IMG/VR virus record: IMGVR_UViG_3300030433_001529
Location: 1 to 42,257 of that record
Reading direction: 5' to 3' (one strand)
Source of the DNA: a virus
Lineage: Duplodnaviria; Caudoviricetes
DNA: 42,257 nt
Positions 8,481-16,420 of this stretch are shown in pieces. How positions within the stretch are numbered: the first letter of the stretch is position 1; every line of letters begins with the position of its first letter. The translations under genes were made by a program, and so were the position numbers. The notes under the pieces were generated by a model. It was not told the origin of the DNA. It saw only the letters and a list, made by a program, of their open reading frames with translations, and did not search any database.

Positions 8481-8548
8481 TATTTTTTGCACCCTTTTTT
8501 AGGGGGACGACCTTTTTTGGTACCGTAAGTTCCTTTACCTTGAGGCAT
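8480..8548 (-). CDS. 22-aa microprotein with AT-hook-like KKGRPPKK (MPQGKGTYGTKKGRPPKKGCKK)
   Basis: Exactly fills the gap between scaffold stop and next gene; TAATG coupling to the downstream ORF. Confidence 0.65.
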   Translation of the reverse strand: MPQGKGTYGTKKGRPPKKGCKK

Positions 8549-8550
8549 AG

Positions 8551-9315
8551 TTAAAAATTGATGTCAGAGTTTGCAAGTTTGCGCATAACGTCTTCCCTAT
8601 ATGCAGTGTCGTTTTCGTAACGAGGATCACTCATTGCTTGTACAAGTTCAGCTTGACTGCGGAATCCTTTGTTGGAATCATCAGAAGCTTTACCTTGAAT
8701 TAGATTACCTTCGTAGCCCATAGAATCTTGATAACGGAGTGCGAGTGCTTGAATAGCAAAGAATGCAGCTTGGGGATTACCGCTTTCCATAACGGCGTCA
8801 TACATATCAATCTCTTGTTCAGAGAAATTTTGTTTGGCCCAACTCAAAAGTTCACCGTACTGTTCTTCACCTCCGGCAAATTCTTTCAATGCATCAGCAT
8901 CTTCTTGAGTCATCTGTGGGCCAGCGTTTTCTTCCACCTGGCGGCGGTAGTCCAAATACATCTCTGCAAGGTCTGCAGGATCTGCTTCGCTGATTTCGTT
9001 CAGCAGTTCGTCACTGAACTCTTCATTCTGTGAACTTTCCCAAAGACGTTCGTAGAGATCATTGCTAACTTCATTAGCTTGCTCTGCTTCTTCTTCAGTG
9101 TCTTCGTATTCAACTTCAGACTCACCTTCAGAACCAAGTTTCTTTTGGAGTTCTAAGTATGCAGCTTCAAGGTCCTGTGCGTTCTTATACTTACCAGCTA
9201 GCATTCCTTCATGCTGTGCTTGAAGCTCTTCGCCTACAGCAAGAGATTCTTGTTCATCTGCATTAAGTTCTCCCGGTGCATTTTCTTCCGGGATAAAAGA
9301 CATTACTTCAGCCAT
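8551..9315 (-). CDS. Capsid assembly scaffolding protein (T7 gp9-like)
   Basis: Acidic 254 aa; 'LAGKYK...LE.AY.ELQKKLG', 'GGEEQY..L..WA', 'FRSQAELVQAMSDPRY'. Confidence 0.92.
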   Translation of the reverse strand: MAEVMSFIPEENAPGELNADEQESLAVGEELQAQHEGMLAGKYKNAQDLEAAYLELQKKLGSEGESEVEYEDTEEEAEQANEVSNDLYERLWESSQNEEFSDELLNEISEADPADLAEMYLDYRRQVEENAGPQMTQEDADALKEFAGGEEQYGELLSWAKQNFSEQEIDMYDAVMESGNPQAAFFAIQALALRYQDSMGYEGNLIQGKASDDSNKGFRSQAELVQAMSDPRYENDTAYREDVMRKLANSDINF

Positions 9316-9321
9316 GTTGTT

Positions 9322-10887
9322 TTAGGTGGTTACTTCTTGGGGGTTGTCGGAAAGTTCAGGATTCTTAGATGGATCCATCATCGGAGTTTTCATTGCATCA
9401 ACATTAATCTTTTGTTGTTCAAGATTCATTTGCTGTTGTTGCATAGCCATGCGTTCCTCTTGAACTTGTTGCATAGAACGAACAAGATTAAGAACGTCAA
9501 TACCTTGTGCAGCAGCTAGGCGCTTGATTACTTCATCAGTATTAATGAATTGTGCAATGGACTCAGGGCCAATAGTTTGTGCCAGAGTTGTAAGGAAGGA
9601 GCCAAGGCTTTCACGATCTTGACCACGACCCAATGCATTGACACCTGCCACAATGGTAGGTTTGACAATGTTTTTCGGGATGCGTGGAATCTCTCCTTTC
9701 TTTTGAGCTTCGCTAAGTTTGCGATTAAGATATGGAACCAAAAAGTCAACAGTCAGAAGGGAGAATAGCCCGCCCAATTGTTGCTCCAATTCCATTTGCG
9801 TCATCCGCACTTCTTCAGCTGTAGTGCGTTCACTTTGCCTGACATTCAGGATAAGGAATGCTTCACTAAGCCTACGTTCAAGTGTCTGTGCCATCTCAAA
9901 TGCAGTACGGAAATCTGCAGTTTTACCAACTTGAATTACACCCACATCATCAGGTCGGCCTTGAATAATTGCACCGTTACCTGCAGCAGCAAGTGTACTA
10001 GGTTTAGTAGTAGATGAAGGGCTGACAGTGAAAACAACTTTTGCAGCTGCTGCACTCCCTTCAACCAATGCTTGAGAAAGACCTTCCAAAGATTTGAGGT
10101 CACCAATAAACTGACCCACTCGCCCACGTCCATAACTTTCACCATCGACAGTATTGAAACGAAGTGGAATCCAAGGAGTGTTATCGACAGGCGCTTTACC
10201 TTGTGATCCTTTGATGACTTTTCCTTCTACTTCTTGATGCCAAACAAAACGATTGTTGTCTCGCTTGACACATGTGTAGACATCAATGTCGTCGTTATAA
10301 GATCCTTCTTCAGTGACACCTGGAGTGTCTTTGAAGAAATCTGAAGGCAGTTGCTGTTTAAGGATTTGTTTTGAAATTCGTTCTTTTGTGATTATTTCAA
10401 CTACTTGACCGTTGCCATCCCGATCAACAACGTAGCGGTTCAAAGGATAGACTTTAAGACCATGCTTGCTCATAAAGACTAGAGCGTTACCTGCAACGAC
10501 AAGGTGAAGCAGTGCTTGGTGCACAGCTACACGGTCATCAGATGCAGCAATTGATTCAAGAATGATACGCTCAATCTTTGCAAAAGACAGGTCAAGTTCA
10601 GACTTAATTTCTGGTCCAAAATCTTCACCCAGCTGACTTTCATCAAGCTGCAGTTTAAAGAATGAGGTCTGTACAGGAAGGAGAGCAAGCATCAATTTAG
10701 ATGCAAGCGTCACACAACCTTTAGCCCCCACGCTTTGGTAAGGTGTCTTTAGCTGTTTCATGCCCATGGTGTATTCTTCATGGCCACGAACCAAGTATGG
10801 AAGAGTCAGCTCTGATGCTTGACGTGCTTCTTCTAAGAACTGGGAACGGTCGCTAGTTAAATAATCATATCGTGTACGTGCTGACAT
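9322..10887 (-). CDS. Head-to-tail connector / portal (T7 gp8-like)
   Basis: 521 aa; 'QSVGAKG...LASKLMLALLP', 'GESYGRG', 'ERTTAEEVR' portal motifs. Confidence 0.96.
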   Translation of the reverse strand: MSARTRYDYLTSDRSQFLEEARQASELTLPYLVRGHEEYTMGMKQLKTPYQSVGAKGCVTLASKLMLALLPVQTSFFKLQLDESQLGEDFGPEIKSELDLSFAKIERIILESIAASDDRVAVHQALLHLVVAGNALVFMSKHGLKVYPLNRYVVDRDGNGQVVEIITKERISKQILKQQLPSDFFKDTPGVTEEGSYNDDIDVYTCVKRDNNRFVWHQEVEGKVIKGSQGKAPVDNTPWIPLRFNTVDGESYGRGRVGQFIGDLKSLEGLSQALVEGSAAAAKVVFTVSPSSTTKPSTLAAAGNGAIIQGRPDDVGVIQVGKTADFRTAFEMAQTLERRLSEAFLILNVRQSERTTAEEVRMTQMELEQQLGGLFSLLTVDFLVPYLNRKLSEAQKKGEIPRIPKNIVKPTIVAGVNALGRGQDRESLGSFLTTLAQTIGPESIAQFINTDEVIKRLAAAQGIDVLNLVRSMQQVQEERMAMQQQQMNLEQQKINVDAMKTPMMDPSKNPELSDNPQEVTT

Positions 10888-11531
10888 TATACGTTAAGAG
10901 AAGAGATTTTAAGTAGACGATCACCTTTACGACCAAAGGTGCCACGGATACCTTGCATACGTAAATCTTTTTGGCGTGCACCACCAGTACCACGGTCAGC
11001 AAAACGGATGCCTTCTACACTAGGGCGGTATTGCCGAGCCATAGCCCGTTGATAACCCGTTGCTAATTCTTCTTGCTGTTTTTGGAAATCTTCACGCTCT
11101 TGCGCCATTGAAGACTGCAAGTCGCTAATCTGTTTTTGAAAACCACCTGTAATGCTTGCAATACGATCTTCGTATGCTTTGAATTGTTTGCTGTAATCTA
11201 TTTTAGGCGGAGTGTAAGAAGGTTTAGGTGCAGCAGTAGTAGTGGGTTTAGCAGCAGCAGGTTTAGCTACAGACTGAGCTTTAGGTTTAGAAGCAGTAGA
11301 TTTAGCTGCTGTAGGTTCTGGAAAGTAACGTTCAAACGAAGTTGAATAAGTAGGAGTGTCTTGACTACGACCACCACGTCTAGAACTTTGTCTTGCAATA
11401 AACAGCCTACCATCAATACTAAGAATTTGATTGTTCCCAGCATTTGGATTGCTAATTGCCAACCTACGTGCTAGAGCAAGGTCTTTTTTATCTGGTGAGT
11501 AAGTGCTATTACGGCCATAAAAATAAGACAT
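10887..11531 (-). CDS. Hypothetical protein at the T7 gp7.3 position (probably virion-associated)
   Basis: 214 aa; Pro/Ala/Lys linker, coiled coil, C-terminal 'LKISSLNV'; coupled to the portal start. Confidence 0.55.
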   Translation of the reverse strand: MSYFYGRNSTYSPDKKDLALARRLAISNPNAGNNQILSIDGRLFIARQSSRRGGRSQDTPTYSTSFERYFPEPTAAKSTASKPKAQSVAKPAAAKPTTTAAPKPSYTPPKIDYSKQFKAYEDRIASITGGFQKQISDLQSSMAQEREDFQKQQEELATGYQRAMARQYRPSVEGIRFADRGTGGARQKDLRMQGIRGTFGRKGDRLLKISSLNV

Positions 11532-11713
11532 TACTCTTCCTCCATATATTTAATGACCCACTCAACGACACTACGCTGACCAGATCGGTACATAATTTTT
11601 TCCATTGTATCTTCAGGTGTAGGGTTAGTGGGTGGAAAAGTTTCTTCAAGTGCATGAATAAGTCCACGGGAATTCATCCCAAGGACTTCAAGCATATTGG
11701 GGGAGGTTGACAT
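11531..11713 (-). CDS. Conserved small protein of T7-like phages (gp6.5-like position)
   Basis: Start re-assigned to ATG 11713; 'LEETFPP..P...IMYRSGQRSVVEW' motif. Confidence 0.7.
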   Translation of the reverse strand: MSTSPNMLEVLGMNSRGLIHALEETFPPTNPTPEDTMEKIMYRSGQRSVVEWVIKYMEEE

Positions 11714-12404
11714 TACTATGTTCAAAGAAAGCAGGCATCCGTGCCGACCGTGTAGCGGAAAGCTCAGGGGCTTTACCTTCATACATCAGGCGATCACTAG
11801 AATCCAGCCAAAATTTTTTGTCTAAATATTTATCGGATGCACCAACCTTGAGAGGTTGCATCACCCAACTGATAGTTGCCTTGCGGAGTTTATCAAGAGA
11901 AGGACTGATGTTAAGCCCCAGCTCAGTATGAACAAGGCTATTGGTAGCAACGTGAATTTGTTCATCTCGTGAAATATCAGCGCTTACCGTTCGCATTCCC
12001 GCATCACCGTTAAAACGAAAAAAGGGTAGGAGAACAAAGAAAATTGCACGCTCGGCAACCATTGCTTTGGTAATTGTGTGATCAGGATGCGAAGTCCACG
12101 CTTTCTGTAAAGCCAACGCCTCTTTTTCCGCCTTTGCATCCACTCCGTAAGCATTGGCGATGAAACCCAAAGCGAGGTCGTGGTTCTCTTCGTCAACGAC
12201 ATTTGACGCGAGCAGCTTACGCGCTGAATTTGGAACACTCTTTTCAAGAGCTTCATTGATAAAATCTCCCACAGGAAGTTCCATATTTCGCAAAGCAAGA
12301 GCACGGAAGATTGTCTCTTCCGCACCCTCTTTGCATGTACCAGCAGTTGTCTGTACTGGTGTCCATTTCCGTTTTCGGGCTAGTAGTTTTTCGTAAGGGT
12401 TCAT
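11688..12404 (-). CDS. nrdB: Ribonucleotide reductase small (beta) subunit, ferritin-like, cyanopodovirus type
   Basis: Di-metal motifs DEENHD and DEQIHV; directly downstream of RNR alpha. Confidence 0.75.
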   Translation of the reverse strand: MNPYEKLLARKRKWTPVQTTAGTCKEGAEETIFRALALRNMELPVGDFINEALEKSVPNSARKLLASNVVDEENHDLALGFIANAYGVDAKAEKEALALQKAWTSHPDHTITKAMVAERAIFFVLLPFFRFNGDAGMRTVSADISRDEQIHVATNSLVHTELGLNISPSLDKLRKATISWVMQPLKVGASDKYLDKKFWLDSSDRLMYEGKAPELSATRSARMPAFFEHSNVNLPQYA

Positions 12405-13777
12405 TCTTGACAGTCACATGTTGGTTCTAAAATACTTTCTTCAAGCAAGTCTGCAAGATAATCATCGACTTCACCTTGGATAGCTGCATATACATCAGAC
12501 TTATCCTGTGTGTCGCCCATAACTTGCAGGCTGTAGTAAAGGGAGGTTTGCGGTGATTGCAGCCACTCTTCGATAAAGGCGTTGTCGTAGGTGACAACAT
12601 CACTCCAACTGTTGAAGCTATACCCGTGAAGAAGTCCCGTACTGTCGAGCATTGTCATCAGACCGTTGGTGACACGTGTGTACGCATCCCAACCAACCTC
12701 AGATGCAATCTCAACATCTCCATAATTATAAGTTTGTACACCAAAAGTATCGCTATCTCGGTCTACTGTTCGTGCAATTGGTGGAGCGATTTCTGGGGTG
12801 CAAGTAAAGCCATCCAAATCTGTGCTTCGATAACTGCAGGAGGCAGTGGGTGCGATAGCAAAGGCTCGGACCATATTATTACTGCGAGCAATGACAGCGG
12901 CAGATGAGAAAGCATCTCTAAACTGACATGCAAGGTCATAGGCTGGTGTCTGTACCACATCGCCTCCATTGACTTGGTCCAGAGCAACTCCGAACTGCTC
13001 ATAGGTTATGCCGTACCTTCGTAGGAGGTTGGCCAATCCGAGCATTCCAAGTCCGACTTGTCGGTCGATTTCTGGCTTGAGATATTCTCCGCTATCGCCA
13101 ACGCCAGTTCGAGCGTGGAGTTCACACAACTCTTGCATACCTTGACGGAAAGCTCGCGGGATGTCGTCGAACTCACAGGCACCGAGATTGACATGTTGCA
13201 ACAGGCATGTTCCGCGTGAGGGCAGGTAAACTTCCAGGCAGACATTTCCACGAATACGGTCTCCATTGCTGTCGTATTTTACTTTATTTAGCCAGATGTC
13301 GCCAGACTTGATTCCAAACAAAAGTTGGTCTTTGAACTGGCACTCTTCCCACCACTCGGGTTTGATGTTGATGCATCGTTTGACCCACGGCAGTTCATTC
13401 CGGGGAGTGGATATAAAGTCAAGAGCGTCAGGATGGTTGAGGTCAAGATGACAAACAACAGCGCCATTCTTGTAGACCCCTCCCCGTCGTAAGATTTCAT
13501 TGAGGGTGCTGTAGATTTTTGCAAAACTAACTGGACCGCTTGCAGTAACACCCGACGGACGCTGATAACCTTTCGGGTCAAGCTTCGACAGGTGCACAGC
13601 ACAGCCTGCTCCATATCGCAAGGCGTGACTTACAAAACGCCAAGATGCTTCAATGCCATTGGGACCCTCCATTTCGTTTTCCACGACAAAAACCGTGCAC
13701 GAAACTGGCAAGCGAGAAGTTGGGTCATCAAGCCAGGATTGAACCCGGCCAGTACGAGAAATAAGGTTGGTGGTCAT
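12401..13777 (-). CDS. nrdA: Ribonucleotide reductase large (alpha) subunit, compact cyanopodovirus type
   Basis: 'PVSCTV', 'GNVCLEV', 'TCLLQHVNLG', 'AIAPTASCS', 'TSLYY', C-terminal CDC redox pair. Confidence 0.9.
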   Translation of the reverse strand: MTTNLISRTGRVQSWLDDPTSRLPVSCTVFVVENEMEGPNGIEASWRFVSHALRYGAGCAVHLSKLDPKGYQRPSGVTASGPVSFAKIYSTLNEILRRGGVYKNGAVVCHLDLNHPDALDFISTPRNELPWVKRCINIKPEWWEECQFKDQLLFGIKSGDIWLNKVKYDSNGDRIRGNVCLEVYLPSRGTCLLQHVNLGACEFDDIPRAFRQGMQELCELHARTGVGDSGEYLKPEIDRQVGLGMLGLANLLRRYGITYEQFGVALDQVNGGDVVQTPAYDLACQFRDAFSSAAVIARSNNMVRAFAIAPTASCSYRSTDLDGFTCTPEIAPPIARTVDRDSDTFGVQTYNYGDVEIASEVGWDAYTRVTNGLMTMLDSTGLLHGYSFNSWSDVVTYDNAFIEEWLQSPQTSLYYSLQVMGDTQDKSDVYAAIQGEVDDYLADLLEESILEPTCDCQE

Positions 13778-14547
13778 AAATCAAGGGACATTTGTTTTTC
13801 TTCGCAGAAAATACCACACTCAAAATCCATCCCTTTGAGTGGGCGGCCTACTGCATCAGCCGGTAGATCATTAAGGGAGATCCTCTCTCCCTTGTATCTC
13901 ACTAATTTTGCTCCTAGTCTTTGTGACTGGTCGGCTCTTTCTTGAAACACATCAGGATGGTATTTTCTTACATGGTTCCAATATGTGGGACTTGTGGCTT
14001 TTACACACCCTATACAATTTGCATTTGGGTATCCCATAAAATAAACAGCAGGCAGCATCAAGCCAGCTTTTGAGATGATTTGGTAACAGTCTTGCTTACT
14101 TATTCCGGCTTCTATTAACACTGGCAAGATATTATCTCGCTCAGTCAACGCGAAACGTTCATGACGATGTTTCTCTTCAACAGTAAACCCTAGAACTATA
14201 AAGTCGTGCGGGTTATCTTTTTCCCAATGCTGCCTAGCTTCTTTTTTTAGTGTGGTTGTGCAGGGTGCTCCGTAAGGGGAAGACATGAATTTCCTATCTT
14301 CCCAAACATCAACACATCGAGCATCTGGATATTTAGGGTGGGTAGCAAACTCTATTGGTAAGTTAAGCCAAGCCTCAACATCCTTCAGGAAGCGTACATT
14401 GTCTGCATCTTCCTCTGCTATTGGGTTATTTACAACCCGTATATTATGTGTAGAACCGTAGCGTTCAATTGTTTTCTTCGCCGCTACTGCGCTAGCTGCA
14501 CCACAGGAGAACCACACCACAATAGTAGGTTTAGACAAGGTCACCAA
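13774..14547 (-). CDS. PAPS-reductase-like (adenine nucleotide alpha-hydrolase/PP-loop) protein
   Basis: N-terminal 'IVVWFSCGAASA' PP-loop variant, 'APCTTTLKK', 'LGFTVEE..R', 'GYPNANCIGCVK', C-terminal 'ECGIFCE'. Confidence 0.7.
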   Translation of the reverse strand: MVTLSKPTIVVWFSCGAASAVAAKKTIERYGSTHNIRVVNNPIAEEDADNVRFLKDVEAWLNLPIEFATHPKYPDARCVDVWEDRKFMSSPYGAPCTTTLKKEARQHWEKDNPHDFIVLGFTVEEKHRHERFALTERDNILPVLIEAGISKQDCYQIISKAGLMLPAVYFMGYPNANCIGCVKATSPTYWNHVRKYHPDVFQERADQSQRLGAKLVRYKGERISLNDLPADAVGRPLKGMDFECGIFCEEKQMSLDL

Positions 14548-14902
14548 GGTGTGGAGGTTTGTAATGTGGTCCTTTCAAAACCTTTCCATCTTCGCGGTAA
14601 ATGGGCTTACCATCATCGCCAAGTTTGGACATGTTTGATGCATGGATCCTGCGCATTGCTTCGTCAAGATCCCATTCTTGTGACGCTGCAAATTGATAAG
14701 CAACGTATACAAGATCAGCCAGTTCTTTCAGCTGTTCACAATCATCTTTCATGTGATAAGCTTCATGAAACTCTGACCATTCTTCATCGATCAAAGCTTT
14801 CTGGATCGACTTCTTCATCGGTCCATTGTGGAGGTCGTAAGCGGAGCGAAACTCGTCCGCTTGATCCATCAAACTCGTGTGTATGTAAGAGTTCATTTTC
14901 AA
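14531..14902 (-). CDS. MazG-like / all-alpha NTP pyrophosphohydrolase
   Basis: 'LIDEEWSEF...LKELADLVYV...IHASNMSK...DGKVLKGP.Y' motif set. Confidence 0.88.
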   Translation of the reverse strand: MKMNSYIHTSLMDQADEFRSAYDLHNGPMKKSIQKALIDEEWSEFHEAYHMKDDCEQLKELADLVYVAYQFAASQEWDLDEAMRRIHASNMSKLGDDGKPIYREDGKVLKGPHYKPPHLGDLV

Positions 14903-15065
14903 GATAGTGGATAGCTTTTTTTAGATCTTGTACCTTGGAATCTTTGTAACCAGCTCGGCAGATGTATTTAACTGCGTTACCGAGATGGTAATTCAGTTCT
15001 TGGTCACGAATGAAGTCCCATACTTCTATGGATCCTCTGGTGTAATGAGCGGGGGATTCGGCCAC
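14784..15065 (-). CDS. DUF3310 / T7 gp1.7-like nucleotide kinase domain protein
   Basis: 'SPAHY..G.IE..DFI...LGNAVKYICRAG.K....DLKKA..YL'. Confidence 0.85.
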   Translation of the reverse strand: MAESPAHYTRGSIEVWDFIRDQELNYHLGNAVKYICRAGYKDSKVQDLKKAIHYLENELLHTHEFDGSSGRVSLRLRPPQWTDEEVDPESFDR

Positions 15066-15265
15066 TGTTTTACTAGGTTAGAGATGTTGTTGCAAAGACA
15101 GAAATTCTGTCGTTGTAGTGCGATGAGCAACGTGATGATGTCATCTTTATCTGCCTCTGGTAGCAGATCTTTGAGTCGTCGTATCTTGAACTCTTGCTCA
15201 ACCGTCAGATCAATTACTGGCGGTGGTGGGAGTCCACGGTATGACCTGTTGTTGTACTTGGTCAT
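15026..15265 (-). CDS. nblA: NblA-like phycobilisome degradation adaptor
   Basis: 'LTVEQEFKIRRLKDLL...DIITLLIALQRQNF...NLVKQW' matches the NblA pattern L(S/T)xEQxF...LxxQ...LxKxW; overlaps exonuclease 3' end. Confidence 0.7.
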   Translation of the reverse strand: MTKYNNRSYRGLPPPPVIDLTVEQEFKIRRLKDLLPEADKDDIITLLIALQRQNFCLCNNISNLVKQWPNPPLITPEDP

Positions 15266-15941
15266 AATCTTTATCAGTAAGGATTTTTGCTAGACGTGCA
15301 TTCATCAAAGCTTCTTCTTCACCCAATCCTTTGGATTCAAAGACCTTGACGACTGTATCCCACGTGTAGCCTTCTTCTTCAAACAAAGCCACAGCTCTTT
15401 TGACTCCAATGCCTGGACAACCGCCATAGCCGTCCGTCTGGTCACCAGCCAATGCCTGAATCAAGTGCCAGTTAGCACCTTCTTCTTCAGTGATAGTTAC
15501 TGTTTCTTTGAGGTCGTAAAGTCTTCCAGGAATCTGGCGCATATCTTTGTCAGGAGATACAATGATATTCCCAGGGTGACGCGTAGCATAAATGCCCATA
15601 CTGTCATCTGCTTCCAGATCAGGGATACGAATGACTTCATACTGTTTCTCTAGTTCTGAAATAACGCGTCGATAACCACAGGGCTTTTTACGATTCCGGT
15701 GACCCTTGTAATCAGGATAGATTTTTTTCCTGAAATTATTAGAGTCACTGAAGAAAAGAATCAGTTCAGGCTGGTCCCAAAGAAATTCTTGTTTGATTTT
15801 GTTCAGGTCACGCTGTACGTTTTTGAAAGCTTGACTGAACTTAGAGACAACCATAATAACGTCATCACCCCAATCAATTTCATCTTCTGCAGCAGCACAA
15901 GCTTTGTAGCAGATGAAATCTGTGTCGATAAGAAGTTTCAT
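15210..15941 (-). CDS. 5'-3' exonuclease (T7 gp6-like)
   Basis: 'LLIDTD', 'NFRKKIYPDYKGHR', 'LEADD', 'SPDKDMRQIPG', 'GDQTDGYGGCPGIG'. Confidence 0.95.
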   Translation of the reverse strand: MKLLIDTDFICYKACAAAEDEIDWGDDVIMVVSKFSQAFKNVQRDLNKIKQEFLWDQPELILFFSDSNNFRKKIYPDYKGHRNRKKPCGYRRVISELEKQYEVIRIPDLEADDSMGIYATRHPGNIIVSPDKDMRQIPGRLYDLKETVTITEEEGANWHLIQALAGDQTDGYGGCPGIGVKRAVALFEEEGYTWDTVVKVFESKGLGEEEALMNARLAKILTDKDYDQVQQQVIPWTPTTASN

Positions 15942-16420
15942 TTGGTTTTGTTTTGGTACCAGTTAAAGAACTCTTGAAATCTATCACGTCGTCTGTTACC
16001 CATGTATGGATACAGCTCTGTGCAAATTTCAAAAATCAAATCACGTTTGTTGGCTCGCCATGTTTGATGAGGTTTAGAGTTCTCACCATCTGACGGGTAC
16101 TTGCGCATCGATTCAAGAGTGCCACGACAACCCAATGCAATGTAGAGATCCCACATCACATCGCTGTCAGTCATTTTGACTTTGAGTTCCCAAGCGTCGT
16201 TTGATTTTTTGTAAGTCAAACAACCTTCACCTTCAAAGAGACCAGCAATCCATTCAATGGGTCTCAGCCCAGGATTTTCCTTGTTTTGCGTCGGCTGAAA
16301 TTGGGATTCGGAGATTGTAATACTCCCCAGCTTTGACTGCGCTTTGTACCAGGGATGTAGATAATTGCTCTGCATGTTCAGGGGTGGATTCAAACTGTAG
16401 TTCATCGTGCACAAATGCAA
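15938..16420 (-). CDS. Free-standing single-motif LAGLIDADG homing endonuclease (true start uncertain, domain begins ~16265)
   Basis: 'IEWIAGLFEGEGC' LAGLIDADG helix, 'VKMTD.DV', 'LYPYMG.RR'. Confidence 0.8.
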   Translation of the reverse strand: MHLCTMNYSLNPPLNMQSNYLHPWYKAQSKLGSITISESQFQPTQNKENPGLRPIEWIAGLFEGEGCLTYKKSNDAWELKVKMTDSDVMWDLYIALGCRGTLESMRKYPSDGENSKPHQTWRANKRDLIFEICTELYPYMGNRRRDRFQEFFNWYQNKTK

